From Octopus vulgaris (taxonomy: Eukaryota), in contig OX597836.1 of NCBI GenBank assembly GCA_951406725.2, positions 3,658,001-3,722,000 on the forward strand: a DNA stretch of 64,000 bases. The letters are read 5' to 3'. Both the position numbers and the translations under genes were made by a program. How positions within the stretch are numbered: position 1 is the first letter of the stretch; each line of letters opens with the position of its first letter. The notes under the pieces are model-generated. The model saw nothing but the letters and a program-made list of their open reading frames with translations. It did no database searches and was not told the origin of the DNA. This document shows positions 1 through 11,660 of this stretch, piece after piece.

Positions 1-608
1 AATAGCCATTAAGGGTATATTGGTGGCATGAGAATATACATATAAAAGGTGAAAACAAATGCACTTGGAGACCAATGCCGGAGTCGGATCTAAGGTTTAG
101 ATTTGGGTCTGGTACTTACACATCTGCAGCATCCGACAAACACTTGATAATTTCATTGTTGTTTACCTCACTGCAAACTATGTTATTGCACCTAGCCATT
201 TCTGTAATTTAGCACCCACTACACTCATGGAGTGGTTGGTGTTAGGAAGGGCATCCAGCTGTAGAAACACTGACAGATCAGACTGGGCCTGGTGCAGCCT
301 TCTGGCTTTACAGACCCCAGTTGAACCGTCCAACCCATGCCAGCATGGAAAGCGGACGTTAAACGATGATGATGATGATATATATATATAGGGTTATGAG
401 AGGTAATGGTGTCAGTAAGACCCAAAGGGGTCAGGTAATGCTGAGTAAGGGCTATGGATAGATTATAGTTAAGCTCCAGGTTCGGTGATTATCCGAATAA
501 GGAGTCCAACGTAGGCCATGTATCAGCATGTGTATATACAAAAAATATTTTTTTCAGAATGAGATAAAAAACCAAGGCTGTGAAGATTTTATAACATTTA
601 TAGATAGA

Positions 609-660
609 AGGTCTTACAGCTGTTTCCAGGATATTTATAATATCCCTTCATCGGAATCAG
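609..660 (-). other. Degenerate minimal hammerhead ribozyme motif (second repeat family)
   Basis: The minus strand reads CCGATGA-AGGGATATT-ATA-AATATCCTG-GAAA-CAGCTG-TA-AGACC. Stem II and a palindromic stem III are present, but U4 is replaced by C and stem I is poor. Confidence 0.55.
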
Positions 661-729
661 CCAAAGGGCATAGTAGAAGTTAACCCCACATGGTTGAGAA
701 GTGACCTTCATAACCTCACAGTCATTCTC

Positions 730-781
<52 letters not shown>

Positions 782-2158
782 CTTATGTAAATAAACGGAG
801 CTAATTTAGCTATTTTTTCTGCAGGTTCAGAAAGTGATGAACAGCCTTAATCGATTTTCAAGCCTTATTGTCTTCTCATCAGTGATGTCAAAATCAATTT
901 GGTCAATCAAAGAGAACAAAGCAGTCAATCTGTTTATATGCTCAACAAGTTCAATAGCTAAAGACAACTGGAATAATTACCGTAAAAACCCATGGAATTT
1001 GTGCACCTGTGTAAATTTAGGCAGGTGATTTTCAGGATAAAATTTGTTATAAAGAGCTTCTACTCATGCCCAAAAGTTTTCAGAATTGCCAATATGGCCA
1101 GGGAGATAAAAGGATTTGACTTTAGTTGTATTTGGCATAATTTCACTTACTTATGATTAGATTTTATTAAATTTTCATTAAATAAAAATAATTTCTGTTT
1201 AACAGGTATTTCTGGATGTCTTCCTTAACACCTCTCGCAGAGTGGACTACGTGCTTTTTACACGATGTGTATGGTTAAAGAGACAATTGCATAAAAACAA
1301 AAAAAGTGTCAAGTGTTTAAAGTGGATGACGCCAGAGAAAGAGGAAAACTGACAGAATAACAGTCCTGAATTTACTCTTGGCTAAAGTCTACTCTGAAGC
1401 CCTTGAATTCCAGGATTTTGTTGTTTTCACTTCCAGGTCGGGAATTTCTTCTCTCACCATTCCACAAATTCTGCTGTGGGAACAAGGCCATCAGCATGCA
1501 AGTTCTTCCCATGGACAGTTAACCTTACACTTCTCTATTATAGATTTGGGCACTTAAAATAAACAAGACAGGGTTACGGACTCACCTAAGCCTTTTGTTC
1601 TTTACTTGCTTCAGACATTAGACTGCAGCCATGCTGGAGCAACACCTTGAAAAAATTTTAGTTGAACGAGGCAATATCATGACCCTAACCTTAAACCTGA
1701 CGCTTATTCTATTGGTATCTTTAGCTGAACTGCCAAGTTACAGGGGATGTAAACACACCAACATCAGTTGTCAAGTGATGATGGAGGGACAAACACACAA
1801 ATATATAGATATACATATATATAACGGGTTTCTTTCAGTTTCTGTCTACCAGATTCACTCACAAGGCTTTGGTCAGCCTGAGGCTATAGTAGAAGACACT
1901 TGCCCAAGGTGCCATGCAGTGGGACTGAACCTGGAACCATGTGGTTACGAAGAAAGCTTTTTACCACACAGCCAAACTGCACATAATTTTTAACAAAATC
2001 TCATATGTACTCGCAAGGGCCATAAGGACCTCCGAGGACCGCAAAGGATCATATGGCCCCAGGTTGAGAACCAGTGATTTAGAGAGAGAGAGGGAGGGAG
2101 AGAGAGAGAGAGAGAGGGAGGGAGAGGGGGAAAGAGAGAGAGAGAATGTGAAACTCAC

Positions 2159-2223
2159 CTATTGATATGTCTCCAATCAAATCACATTCTTTACACACAA
2201 TGGCCATGGGAGCAATCTTGATG
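2159..2223 (-). CDS. DCTN6: Dynactin subunit 6 (p27) coding exon 2, IKIAPMAIVCKECDLIGDISI-G; later exons lie left of the window
   Basis: A 65-nt exon bounded by ttttcttccacag| and AG|GTGAGT. The peptide aligns by eye with the DCTN6 N-terminus [22 protein letters not shown]. Confidence 0.93.
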
Positions 2224-2599
2224 CTGTGGAAGAAAAGAGAAAGAGATTAGAAATCACCACTGACATCATCATCATCATTTAATGTTCGCATCCCATGCTG
2301 CGATGAGTTGGACGGTTTAACTGAGGAGTGATGAGCCAGATGGCTGCACCAGGCTCCAATCCGACTTGGCAGAGTTTCTACAGCTGGATGCCCTTCCTAA
2401 TGCCAACCACTCCGAGAGTGTAGTGGGTGTTTTTACGTGTCACCGGCACAAGGGCCAGTCCAGCGGCACTGGCAACACCCTCACTCGAATGTGGTTTTTC
2501 ACGTACCACCGGCACAAGTGCCGTGTGTGCAAGTGCATCTATATACATATGTGTGTGAGTGTGTCTTTTTGGAGCATAAATGCTAAAAATGTTAGATGA

Positions 2600-2838
2600 A
2601 GCTGTAGGTCCTTTGGTCGAAAGATAGAAACGATACTAGCTGGAATACAGGTTACTCTTAAGTTGGTATGGGTGTCACTGAGATGGGGTTGATGTCCAGG
2701 AACAATGTCTAGGATTAATAAAACTCTGAATGGCATTTCTTTTGCAACGCAATATTCTTGTAAATTCAGAATATACAACAGTTTGAAAACATTTCTTGAA
2801 GCAATGCTTGAGTCAACCACGCTTTCTTGATTAACCAT
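2600..2838 (-). mobile_element. Tigger/pogo-type DDE transposase fragment
   Basis: EYCVAKEMPFRVLLILDIVPGH...NLRVTCIPASIVSIFRPKD matches the Tigger pattern LPFKVLLILDNAPGH...V.FLP.NTTS.IQP.D. Confidence 0.75.
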
Positions 2839-3388
2839 TTAACATTTAACCCGATCAAATCCCGCTAAAATATTCTCCCCGTTTTATGTTCAAAATGACC
2901 AGATCCGGCCTCTCACACCTACCTTACAATGCCATTCCAAACATAAACAATCACATGCCTGTGCCAGTGTCATATAAAGGACACCCATGCCGGTGCCACG
3001 TAAAAGCACCCAATACATTCTGTAGAGAGATTGGTGCTACGGAAGGCATCCGGCTGTGGAAACCAAGTTGGATCAGACTGGAACTTGGTGCTGCTTTCCA
3101 AAAACCAATACAGCTTGGCATCAGTGACATCGCAAAGTGAAATAAAGGGTCTTGCTTAAGAACACTACATACAGCCTGGTCTGGGAATGAAACTCACAAC
3201 CTCGTGAATGTGAGCTTGACGCTGTAACCACTGAGCCATGCACTTTCAGAGCTACGTACACACAAGCAATCTGGCTGGGCACTCCGCCAGTTATGATGAA
3301 TGTTCTAGTTGATCTGTTCAACGGAATAGCCTGCTTGTGAAATTAATATGCAAGTGGCTGAGAATTCCACAGACACACGTGCCCTTAA

Positions 3389-3625
3389 CCCTTTCGTTAC
3401 CAACCCGGCTGAAACCGGCTCTGGCTCTGTGTATAAATGTCTTGATTCCATAAGTTTTGAATTAAAATCTTCTACCAAACCTTAGTCACAATTTATGTTC
3501 TTAACACTTGCCGAAGTTATTTTACTAAAGTTATTTTACTAAGTTATTTTACTAAATTCTTTGTTGTATTTAAAGTAATTGAAAGAAACACAGAGCATCT
3601 CAAAATAAATACAGTAACGAAAGGG
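3389..3625. mobile_element. piggyBac-type MITE with TTAA target duplication
   Basis: TTAA|CCCTTTCGTTAC...GTAACGAAAGGG|TTAA, with an internal threefold AAGTTATTTTACT repeat. Confidence 0.88.
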
Positions 3626-3820
3626 TTAACATAGTTGTCAGGGAGATTCAGCATGACACAGGAATGTTACAAGAACGGTCCTTTGAATTACCGGAATGGC
3701 AAATTTTTGCCAAGCAAAGTGAACTGGAGCCACGTGAAATAAAGTGTTTTCCTCAAGGACACAATATGTCACTGTGATTCGAACCTACGACCTTACGATC
3801 GTAAGCTGGATACACTAACC

Positions 3821-4420
3821 TATTTCTTTACTACCCACAAGGGGCTAAACACAATGGGGACAAACAAGGACAGACAAACGGATTAAGTCGATTATATCAA
3901 CCTCAGTGCGTAACTGGTACTTATTTAATCGACCCCAAAAGGATGAAAGGCAAAGTCGACCTCGGCGGAATTTGAACTCAGAACGTAACGGCAGATGAAA
4001 TACCTAATTCGTTACTACCCACAAGGGGCTAAACACAGAGGGGACAAACAAGGACAGACAAACGGATTAAGTCGATTATATCGACCCCAGTGCGTAAACT
4101 GGTACTTAATTTATCGACCCCAAAAGGATGAAAGGCAAAGTCGACCTCGGCGGAATTTGAACTCAGAACGTAGCGGCAGACGAAATACCTATTTCTTTAC
4201 GACCCGCAAGGGGCTAAACACAGAGGGGACAAACAAGGACAGACAAATGGATTAAGTCGATTACATCGACCCCAGTGCGTAACTGGTACTTAATTTATCG
4301 ACCCCGAAAGGATGAAAGGCAAAGTTGACCTCGGCGGAATTTGAACTCAGAATGTAGCGGCAGATGAAATACGGCTACGCATTTCGCCCGGCGTGCTAAC
4401 GATTCCGCCAGCTCGCCGCC
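3821..4420 (-). mobile_element. Tandem trimer of SINE family B (Nin-domain-like). Other copies at about 4993-5200, 19600-19980, 21285-21500, 23148-23360, 27281-27490, 38188-38355 and 61492-61695
   Basis: A ~185-bp unit containing (minus strand) GTTCTGAGTTCAAATTCCGCCGAGGTCGACTTTGCCTTTCATCC..GGGGTCGATAAATTAAGTACCAG is repeated three times. Only the last copy keeps the GGCGGCGAGCTGGC head. Confidence 0.88.
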
Positions 4421-5562
4421 TTACACTAACCACTAAGCCACACACTGTCACAAGCTGTCGAACTGGGTGAGAAACAACGAAACAATCTGAAGTGTAAATA
4501 AAAGTCAAAGCGAGACTGTTGGAGCAGTGGTTGGACTGTTCAAAACGTAAATATAAACACACATGAAGTTGGACTGTTTACAAAGTGGGTGGGACTGAGA
4601 TGTAAATATAAGCGTCAACTTGTACTGTTAGAGGGGGCTGCTGAACTGTTTCATGTATAAAAATATATCAATTTGGACTGTTTACAAGGCCAAACAGACT
4701 GCAGAAACACAGTTTCATATTCCAGTGGTATTTATATCTCGAAATATTTACACTTCAAGCTGTTACTTGTCCGATTAGGCAGAGTGTGTGTGTGTGTGTG
4801 TGTATGTGCTAAGTAGATAGATATAGATGTGAAGACACAGGCATAGCTGCGTAGTTAAGAGGTTTGTTTCATGACCATATGGTTTGGGGTTCAGTCCCAA
4901 TGTGTGACAGCTGAGGCTAGCATCTCCTATTATAGCCCCGGGTTAATTTAAGCCTTGTCAGTGGATCTGGTGGACAGATACTGAAAGAGACCAATTTCTT
5001 TACTACCCACAAGGGGCTAAGCACAGAGAGGACAAACAAGGATGGACAACGGGATTAAGTCGATTACCATGACCCCGGTGCATAACTGGTACTTAATTTA
5101 TCGACCCCGAAAGGATGAAAGGCAAAGTCGACCTCGGCGGAATTTGAACTCAGAACGTAACAGCAGACGAAATACAGCTACGCATTTCGCCCGGCTTGCT
5201 AACAAAGAGACCAATCCTATAAATACATATGTATGTGAAGACATGTGGCTTAGTGGTTGGGGTCAATCAGCACATGATCGTAAGGTCGTGAGTTCAATTC
5301 TTGGTGGTGAGTTGTGTCCTTCAGCAAGACATTTCATTTTATGTTGCTCCTCGGCTGGCAAAAGATGAGCAGCACTTGTACTTCAAAGGGTCAGCCTTTT
5401 CACATTCTATGTCATGCTCAGTCTCTTCAAGGGGTATGTTAAGGGTGTGCATACCTGTGAAGTACTCAGCCACTTCCGCATTAATCTCACAAGCAAGCTG
5501 TTCCATTGATCAAATCAACTGGAACGCTCGCTGTCGTAAACAACAGATTGCCAGTCAATGTA

Positions 5563-5605
<43 letters not shown>

Positions 5606-6429
5606 GCACATGGCTAAATGGTTAGGATGTTACACTCATCATCAAAGGACTGTGGTTTCAATTCCAGGACTAGGCGATGTGCTGTGTTCTCGAGCAAAAC
5701 ACTTCATTTCACACTGGTCCAGTCCACTCAGCTGACAAAAAGGAGTAATCCGGTGATGGGCTGGCATTCCACCCAGGGGTGTGAGGAATAAATATGCTAC
5801 AGCATCTGAGAAATCTATCAGAAAGGATCTTTGTTCCTTTTTGATATATATAGGTGCAGGAGTGGCTGTGTGGTAAGTACCTTGCTTCCTAAGCACATGG
5901 CTCCAGGTTCAGTCACACTGCATGGCACCTTGGGCAAGGGTCTTCTACTATAGCCTCGGGCCAACCAAATGCTTGTCAATGGATTTGGTAGACAGAAACT
6001 GAAAGAAGCCTGTTGTATATATGTGTATGTTTGTGTGTCTAAACATTGGCAACTCTAAACCAACCAACTGATCAGCAGATCATCAACCATTCCCAAACCA
6101 ATTAAGAATTCCTGGTCATCAGGAAAGAGGAGAGAAAGATAGTCATGAATGCGAATTCTATCAAAGATGAGTAATAAGGGAGTGAATGAGTAATGTACAT
6201 ATATGTATATATCTGTGTGTGTGTGTGTGTTTCCCCACCACCATTGCTTGACAACTGATGTTGGAGTGTTTACGTCCCCATAACTTAGCGATTCGGCAAA
6301 AGAGCCTAATAAAATAAGTACTAGGCTTACGAAGAGTTAATCCAGAGATTGATCTGTTTGACTAAAGGCGGTGCTGCAGCATGGCCACAGTCAAATGACT
6401 GGAACAAGTAAAAGAAAGTAAAGCTATAC

Positions 6430-6490
<61 letters not shown>

Positions 6491-6984
6491 GCATGTAAAA
6501 AGCACCATTCAAGCGTGACCAATGCCAGTGTCACCTGACTGGCTCCCATGCTGGTGGCATGTAAAAAAAACACTCACTACATTTTCAAAGTGGTTAGCAT
6601 TAGGAAAGGCATCCAGCTGTAGAAGCCTTGCCAGATCAGATTGGAGTCTGGTGCTGCCCCCTGGCTTGCCAGTCCTCGGTCAAACCATCCAACCCATGCC
6701 AGCATGGAAAGCGGATGTTAAACGATGATGATGATGATGATGATATATTACATTGTATCCACTAATTGTTGCTTGGCTCCCTAGTCAATCCTGATCAAGA
6801 ATTTTGATCGAAGTATATCCGGGACCACGTAGACTAAATATATTCTTCTGTATTCAGTTTGAGGGAAATTCGGCTGCTATTTCTACAAGACTGAGAAACC
6901 CACCAGAAGCTTAGAAACTTTCGTTTGTTTATATCTGAGTGTGTGTGTGTGTGTGTGTATGTGTGTGTGTGAATACATGTGACA

Positions 6985-7017
<33 letters not shown>

Positions 7018-7117
7018 ATACATACATAGTCTATTTGTGAGGTGTAACTTTCTTCTACACAAGGGAGTGTCTGTATACGTACATATGCACATGTGAGAGA
7101 CTCTGTGAGTGTGTGTA

Positions 7118-7163
<46 letters not shown>

Positions 7164-7542
7164 TGTGTGGTTGCAAAACTGTACGTTTGTGTGCGGCTGC
7201 AGAGGAGTCATCCGTCGATCGTTATCAGAAAGAACGAAAGAAGAAACTCTTGCAGTTTATAGCCTCTCGGTGCAGCTGCACTGGAACAGGTGTGAGGAAG
7301 AATGTGCCAAGATTCTGCAGCAATTGGCAACAGAGCAGAGCTGCCAGTGTGTGCACAATTACCACACAATACGTATGCGTGTGCGTGTATGTATGTATAC
7401 ACACATATATACACACATCCAACACATCAGTCACACAGTCAGCACATGTTTCATTCTTACTCAAACAAAAGCCATTATATGGTCATTCAACTTCGTAAAA
7501 ATGTGTATAAGTACATACATACAGGTATGTGTGTGTGTGTGT

Positions 7543-7714
7543 GTGGTAAGAAGCTTGCTTCTGAACTACATGGTCTCTGGTTCAGTCCCACTGTGTGGCA
7601 CTTTGGGTAAGTGTCTTCTACTATAGCTCTGGCCGACAAAGCCTTGTGAGCGGATTTGGTAGACGGAAACTGAAAGAAGACCATTGTGTGTGTGTGTGTG
7701 TGTGCGTGTGCGCA

Positions 7715-7751
<37 letters not shown>

Positions 7752-8390
7752 TAAGAAGCTTGCTTCTGAACTACATGGTTCCGGGTTCAGTCCCACTGCG
7801 TGGCACCTTGGGCAAGCTGTCTTCTACTATAGCCTCTGGCCGACCAAAGCCTTGTGAGCGGATTTGGTAGACGGAAACTGAAAAGAAGCCCATTGTGTGT
7901 GTGTGTGCGCATGTGAGTGTGTATGCGTTTGTGTGTGTGTGTGGGGGGGGGGTAAGAAGCTTGCTTCTGAACTACATGGTTCCGGGTTCAGTCCCACTGC
8001 GTGGCACTTTGGGCAAGCTGTCTTCTACTATAGCCTCGGGCCGACCAAAGCCTTGTGAGTGGGTTTGGTAGACGGAAAGAAGCCCATTGTGTGTGTGTGT
8101 GTGTGTGTGTGCGCATGTATGTGTGTATGCGTTTGTGTGTGTGTGTGTGTGCATGTGAGTGTATATGCATTTGTGTGTGCTTTTCCTCCTCTACAGTTTG
8201 ACAACTGGAGCTGGTCTGTACATTCCCTCAACTTAGCAGTTCGGCAAAAGAGACTGATAGAATAAGTACCAGGCATTACTAAAAAAAAAGATCATTATTA
8301 CTGGGGTTGAGAATTTCAACTAAAATCCTACAAGTCGGTGCCCCAGCATGGCCGCAGTCTCATGACCAAACCAAGGAAAAAAGTAAAACA
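7543..8390 (+). repeat. Three head-to-tail copies of the SINE family A 5' half separated by (GT)n, followed by one tail
   Basis: Near-identical GGTAAGAAGCTTGCTTCTGAACTACATGG at about 7544, 7750 and 7951. Confidence 0.88.
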
Positions 8391-10368
8391 CACACACACA
8401 TATATCTGGTTAACTGAATGCAAATCACCAAGGGCGTGTTGGCATCAGGAAGGGCATCCAGCTGTAGAAACCATGCCACAACACACAGACAGAATCTGGA
8501 CAGCTCCATGGAAGGTGGACATTAAATGATGAGGGTGACAAATATATTCTACTCTTTATTCATTGGCTGCAGGAGATAGATTAGCACCAAGGGAGACAGA
8601 AACACGTGTCCCCAACTGTCCCCTTATTTCCAAACAATAGGACAGTTGCTTTCGTTAACGGTGTGACAACCATTGGAGAATTGTTCATCCTTTGGATTAT
8701 CTTTCCCTATAATAAGGAAGTCTTAATTGTTATTTGGTATTTGTGAAACTTCCTCTAGAGCAGAATTTCTCAACAGGGGTTCCCTGGAAGCGTAGGGTTC
8801 CACAAAAGGTTCCTAGGGGTTCCGCGAGAAAGAGTGAGATAAGCTAATGCTAATTTCATGATCATAATATTACTCTACATGCACAACGTATTACTGGTTA
8901 TAGTAATATTGTAATATAGACATCATCCTATCAAAAAAAATATAACAACCATTGGAGATATATTTAGTGATGTCTGTAATTTAGAGTCACCCTATATATA
9001 TATATGATATTTACAAATATATATATATATATATATATATCGGTAGGGGTGCTCCAAAAGGAGTCTCAGGAAGTAGCGTCCCTGCCTTCCTGAGCTAGAC
9101 TGAAACTGACTTTTAATGTATTTTAGATATATAACATCCTTGAGGTTAGAGGAAGGGCATCTAGCTGTAGAAACCAAGCGAAATCAGACAGGGACATGGT
9201 GCAGCTCTGGTCAAACCGTCCAACCCATACCAGCAAAGAAAATGTGTGTATGATGATGATGATGAGAAGGAGGATGATGACGATGCTTTTCTTAGAAAAG
9301 TGTATTGTGTGATTACTGCATGTTTTTCCTATTCTCCACAATTACTCTTACAAAAACACTCTCCATCGGAACTGAGCTATTATATTAATGCTTGTTTTCT
9401 CTGTTACAATAAAAACAATTCTACATTAAACGGAAACATGACTCAATACATTTCGTAGAGTACATACTTTTAATTTTTTTCTTAACAATAACAGTGTTCG
9501 TTAGTGACTTTGAAGTGTTGGCCAGCTAAGCCACAAGGAACTTAAACAAATTGCAGTCGGATGATGGCCTAACTAGCCAAAACTTCAAAGTCACTGTCAA
9601 TACTATTCTTGTTAAGGTATAATGTGTGTGGAGGGTATAAGTATGTGTGTGTGTTGAAGTACGATATATTTTTGTTAAAGTATAATATATACATGTGTGT
9701 GTGTGTGTAAGGAATAACATATGTGTGTGGGGGGGTATAATATATGTGTGTGTATGGAGTAGAGAAAATCCAGGCTAAATATATTTCCTGGCTAGCAAAA
9801 CCTCGGAGGTAGTAATTGACCAAACGAGGGCTAATCTGCTAGCTACTCATATTTATCAAATCTCCTGCAATTCAACGTGGAATCCTTTGACTACAAAGTA
9901 AACTTCATTTAATTAAGGCATCTTTGGCCAAAGAGTAGCTAACGGATTACGCCTCATTTGGGTAATTACTACTTCCGAGGTTCTGCTAGCTACGAAACAT
10001 ATGTAGCATGGATTCCTTCTATACTATTCCCTGATTTTGACTGGCTCCTGTGCAGGTGGCATGTAAAAAGCACCATTCAAGTGTGACTGATGCCAGTGCC
10101 ACCTGACTGGGACCCGTGCTGGTGGCACATAAAAAGCATCGTTTGAGCATGGTCGATGTCAGTGACGCCTGACTGGCTCCCATGATGGCGGCATGTAAAA
10201 AGCACCCACTACACTCTTGGAGTGGTTGGCATTAGGAAGGGCATCCAAATGTAGAAACCTTGCCAGATCAGATTGGAGCCTAGGGCAGCCTCCCAGTTTG
10301 TTAGTCCTCAGTCAAACTGTCCAACCCATGCCAGCATGGAAAGCAGACATTAAATGATGATGACGATG

Positions 10369-10406
<38 letters not shown>

Positions 10407-10849
10407 TTTTACACGTTTCAGTCATTTGACTGCACCCATGCTAGAGCACCGCCTTTAGTTGGAGAAATCGCCCCCAGGACTTATTCTTTGTAAGCCTAGT
10501 ACTTATTCTACTGGTCTCTTTTGTCGAACCACTAAGTTTCGGAAACATAAACACACCAATATCAGTTGTCAAGTGATGGCAGGGTGATAAACACAGACAC
10601 AAAGACACACATACATAAGTATATATATATATATATATATGTACATGACGGGCTTCTATGTCATGTGGGCTTCTTTCAGTTTCAACCAAATCCACGCACA
10701 AGGCTTTGGTCAGCCCAAGGCTATAGTAGTAGAAGACACTTGCTCAAGGTGCCACACAGTGGGACTGAACCCGGAATCATGTGGTTGGGAAGCAAGCTTC
10801 TTACCACACAGCCATGCCGATGCATGTTGTATAGGCATAACGAGATAAG

Positions 10850-11660
10850 TGGATGGTGGTAAATGGCAAGTTCTTCACAGCTGAAGAATGTACCTTCTTA
10901 CATAAACGAGAAGTTAGCAACTTCAAAGCAAGGGCTAATCTGTCTCAGAGATGAAAGACCATTTGGTGGTGGAAGATCTGAAAGTTGGAAGAGCCCTTTC
11001 TGTTGGCCATAGATTCAGAGAGATGTTAACTGATGCTTAAAACAAGAATGAGGAGAAGATAGAAGAATATTTTATAGAACGAAATTGGTAAATTTTTTTT
11101 TAAGGACAATCTGCTGGAGGCTATGAATCAGGTTTGTGGTTGGTGCAAAGTCCTTGCCAAACGCAGAGTGACATAGTGATGGCACAATACTGTAGGCGGT
11201 GTCATAACGGTAAAAAAGACACACTTGGAAAGACTAGAAGAGGATGGCTAGGAGAGAAAGATGCCAAAGTGGTAAAAAGAGAAGCTAAAAGCCAAGTACA
11301 CTGAGCAAGGAGAGAGACAGAAATATATATATGTGTGTGTGTTCTGCACATGTTTTGGAATGTGAGGATTGGAGGAATGCGTTCTGGGTTGTTGGAGAAA
11401 ATAACGATGTGGTTAGGTAGAAGTGTGCACAGGATGATAACAGAACTCTTGTTCTCACTGACACTGATAAGAAAGCAGCACTGAAGTGCCATCATGACAG
11501 GCTGCTGAATGTGGAGAATGCAGAGAAAGAGTACTTCATGTAGACCCAATCGAGGGGCCAGGTATCCAGCTGTACGGTCAACAGATCAATAAGGGAGTTG
11601 ATGGTAGGGAATGAAGCTGGACTATCAGAGATATTTATAATATCTAATGAAAAAAGGGAA
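10850..11660 (+). mobile_element. Heavily decayed LINE (probably RTE) internal fragment
   Basis: Purine-rich, coding-like sequence with many stops and frameshifts; remnants resemble the RTE endonuclease-RT linker. Judged by eye only. Confidence 0.45.

Noticed and set aside
820-1100. Nearly open reading frame on the minus strand
   Set aside because: It is interrupted by stops and I could not assign it to any protein family.
1-2158. DCTN6 exon 3
   Set aside because: By eye I found no sequence encoding the expected TVIHPKARIIAEAGPI-like peptide; it probably lies left of the window.
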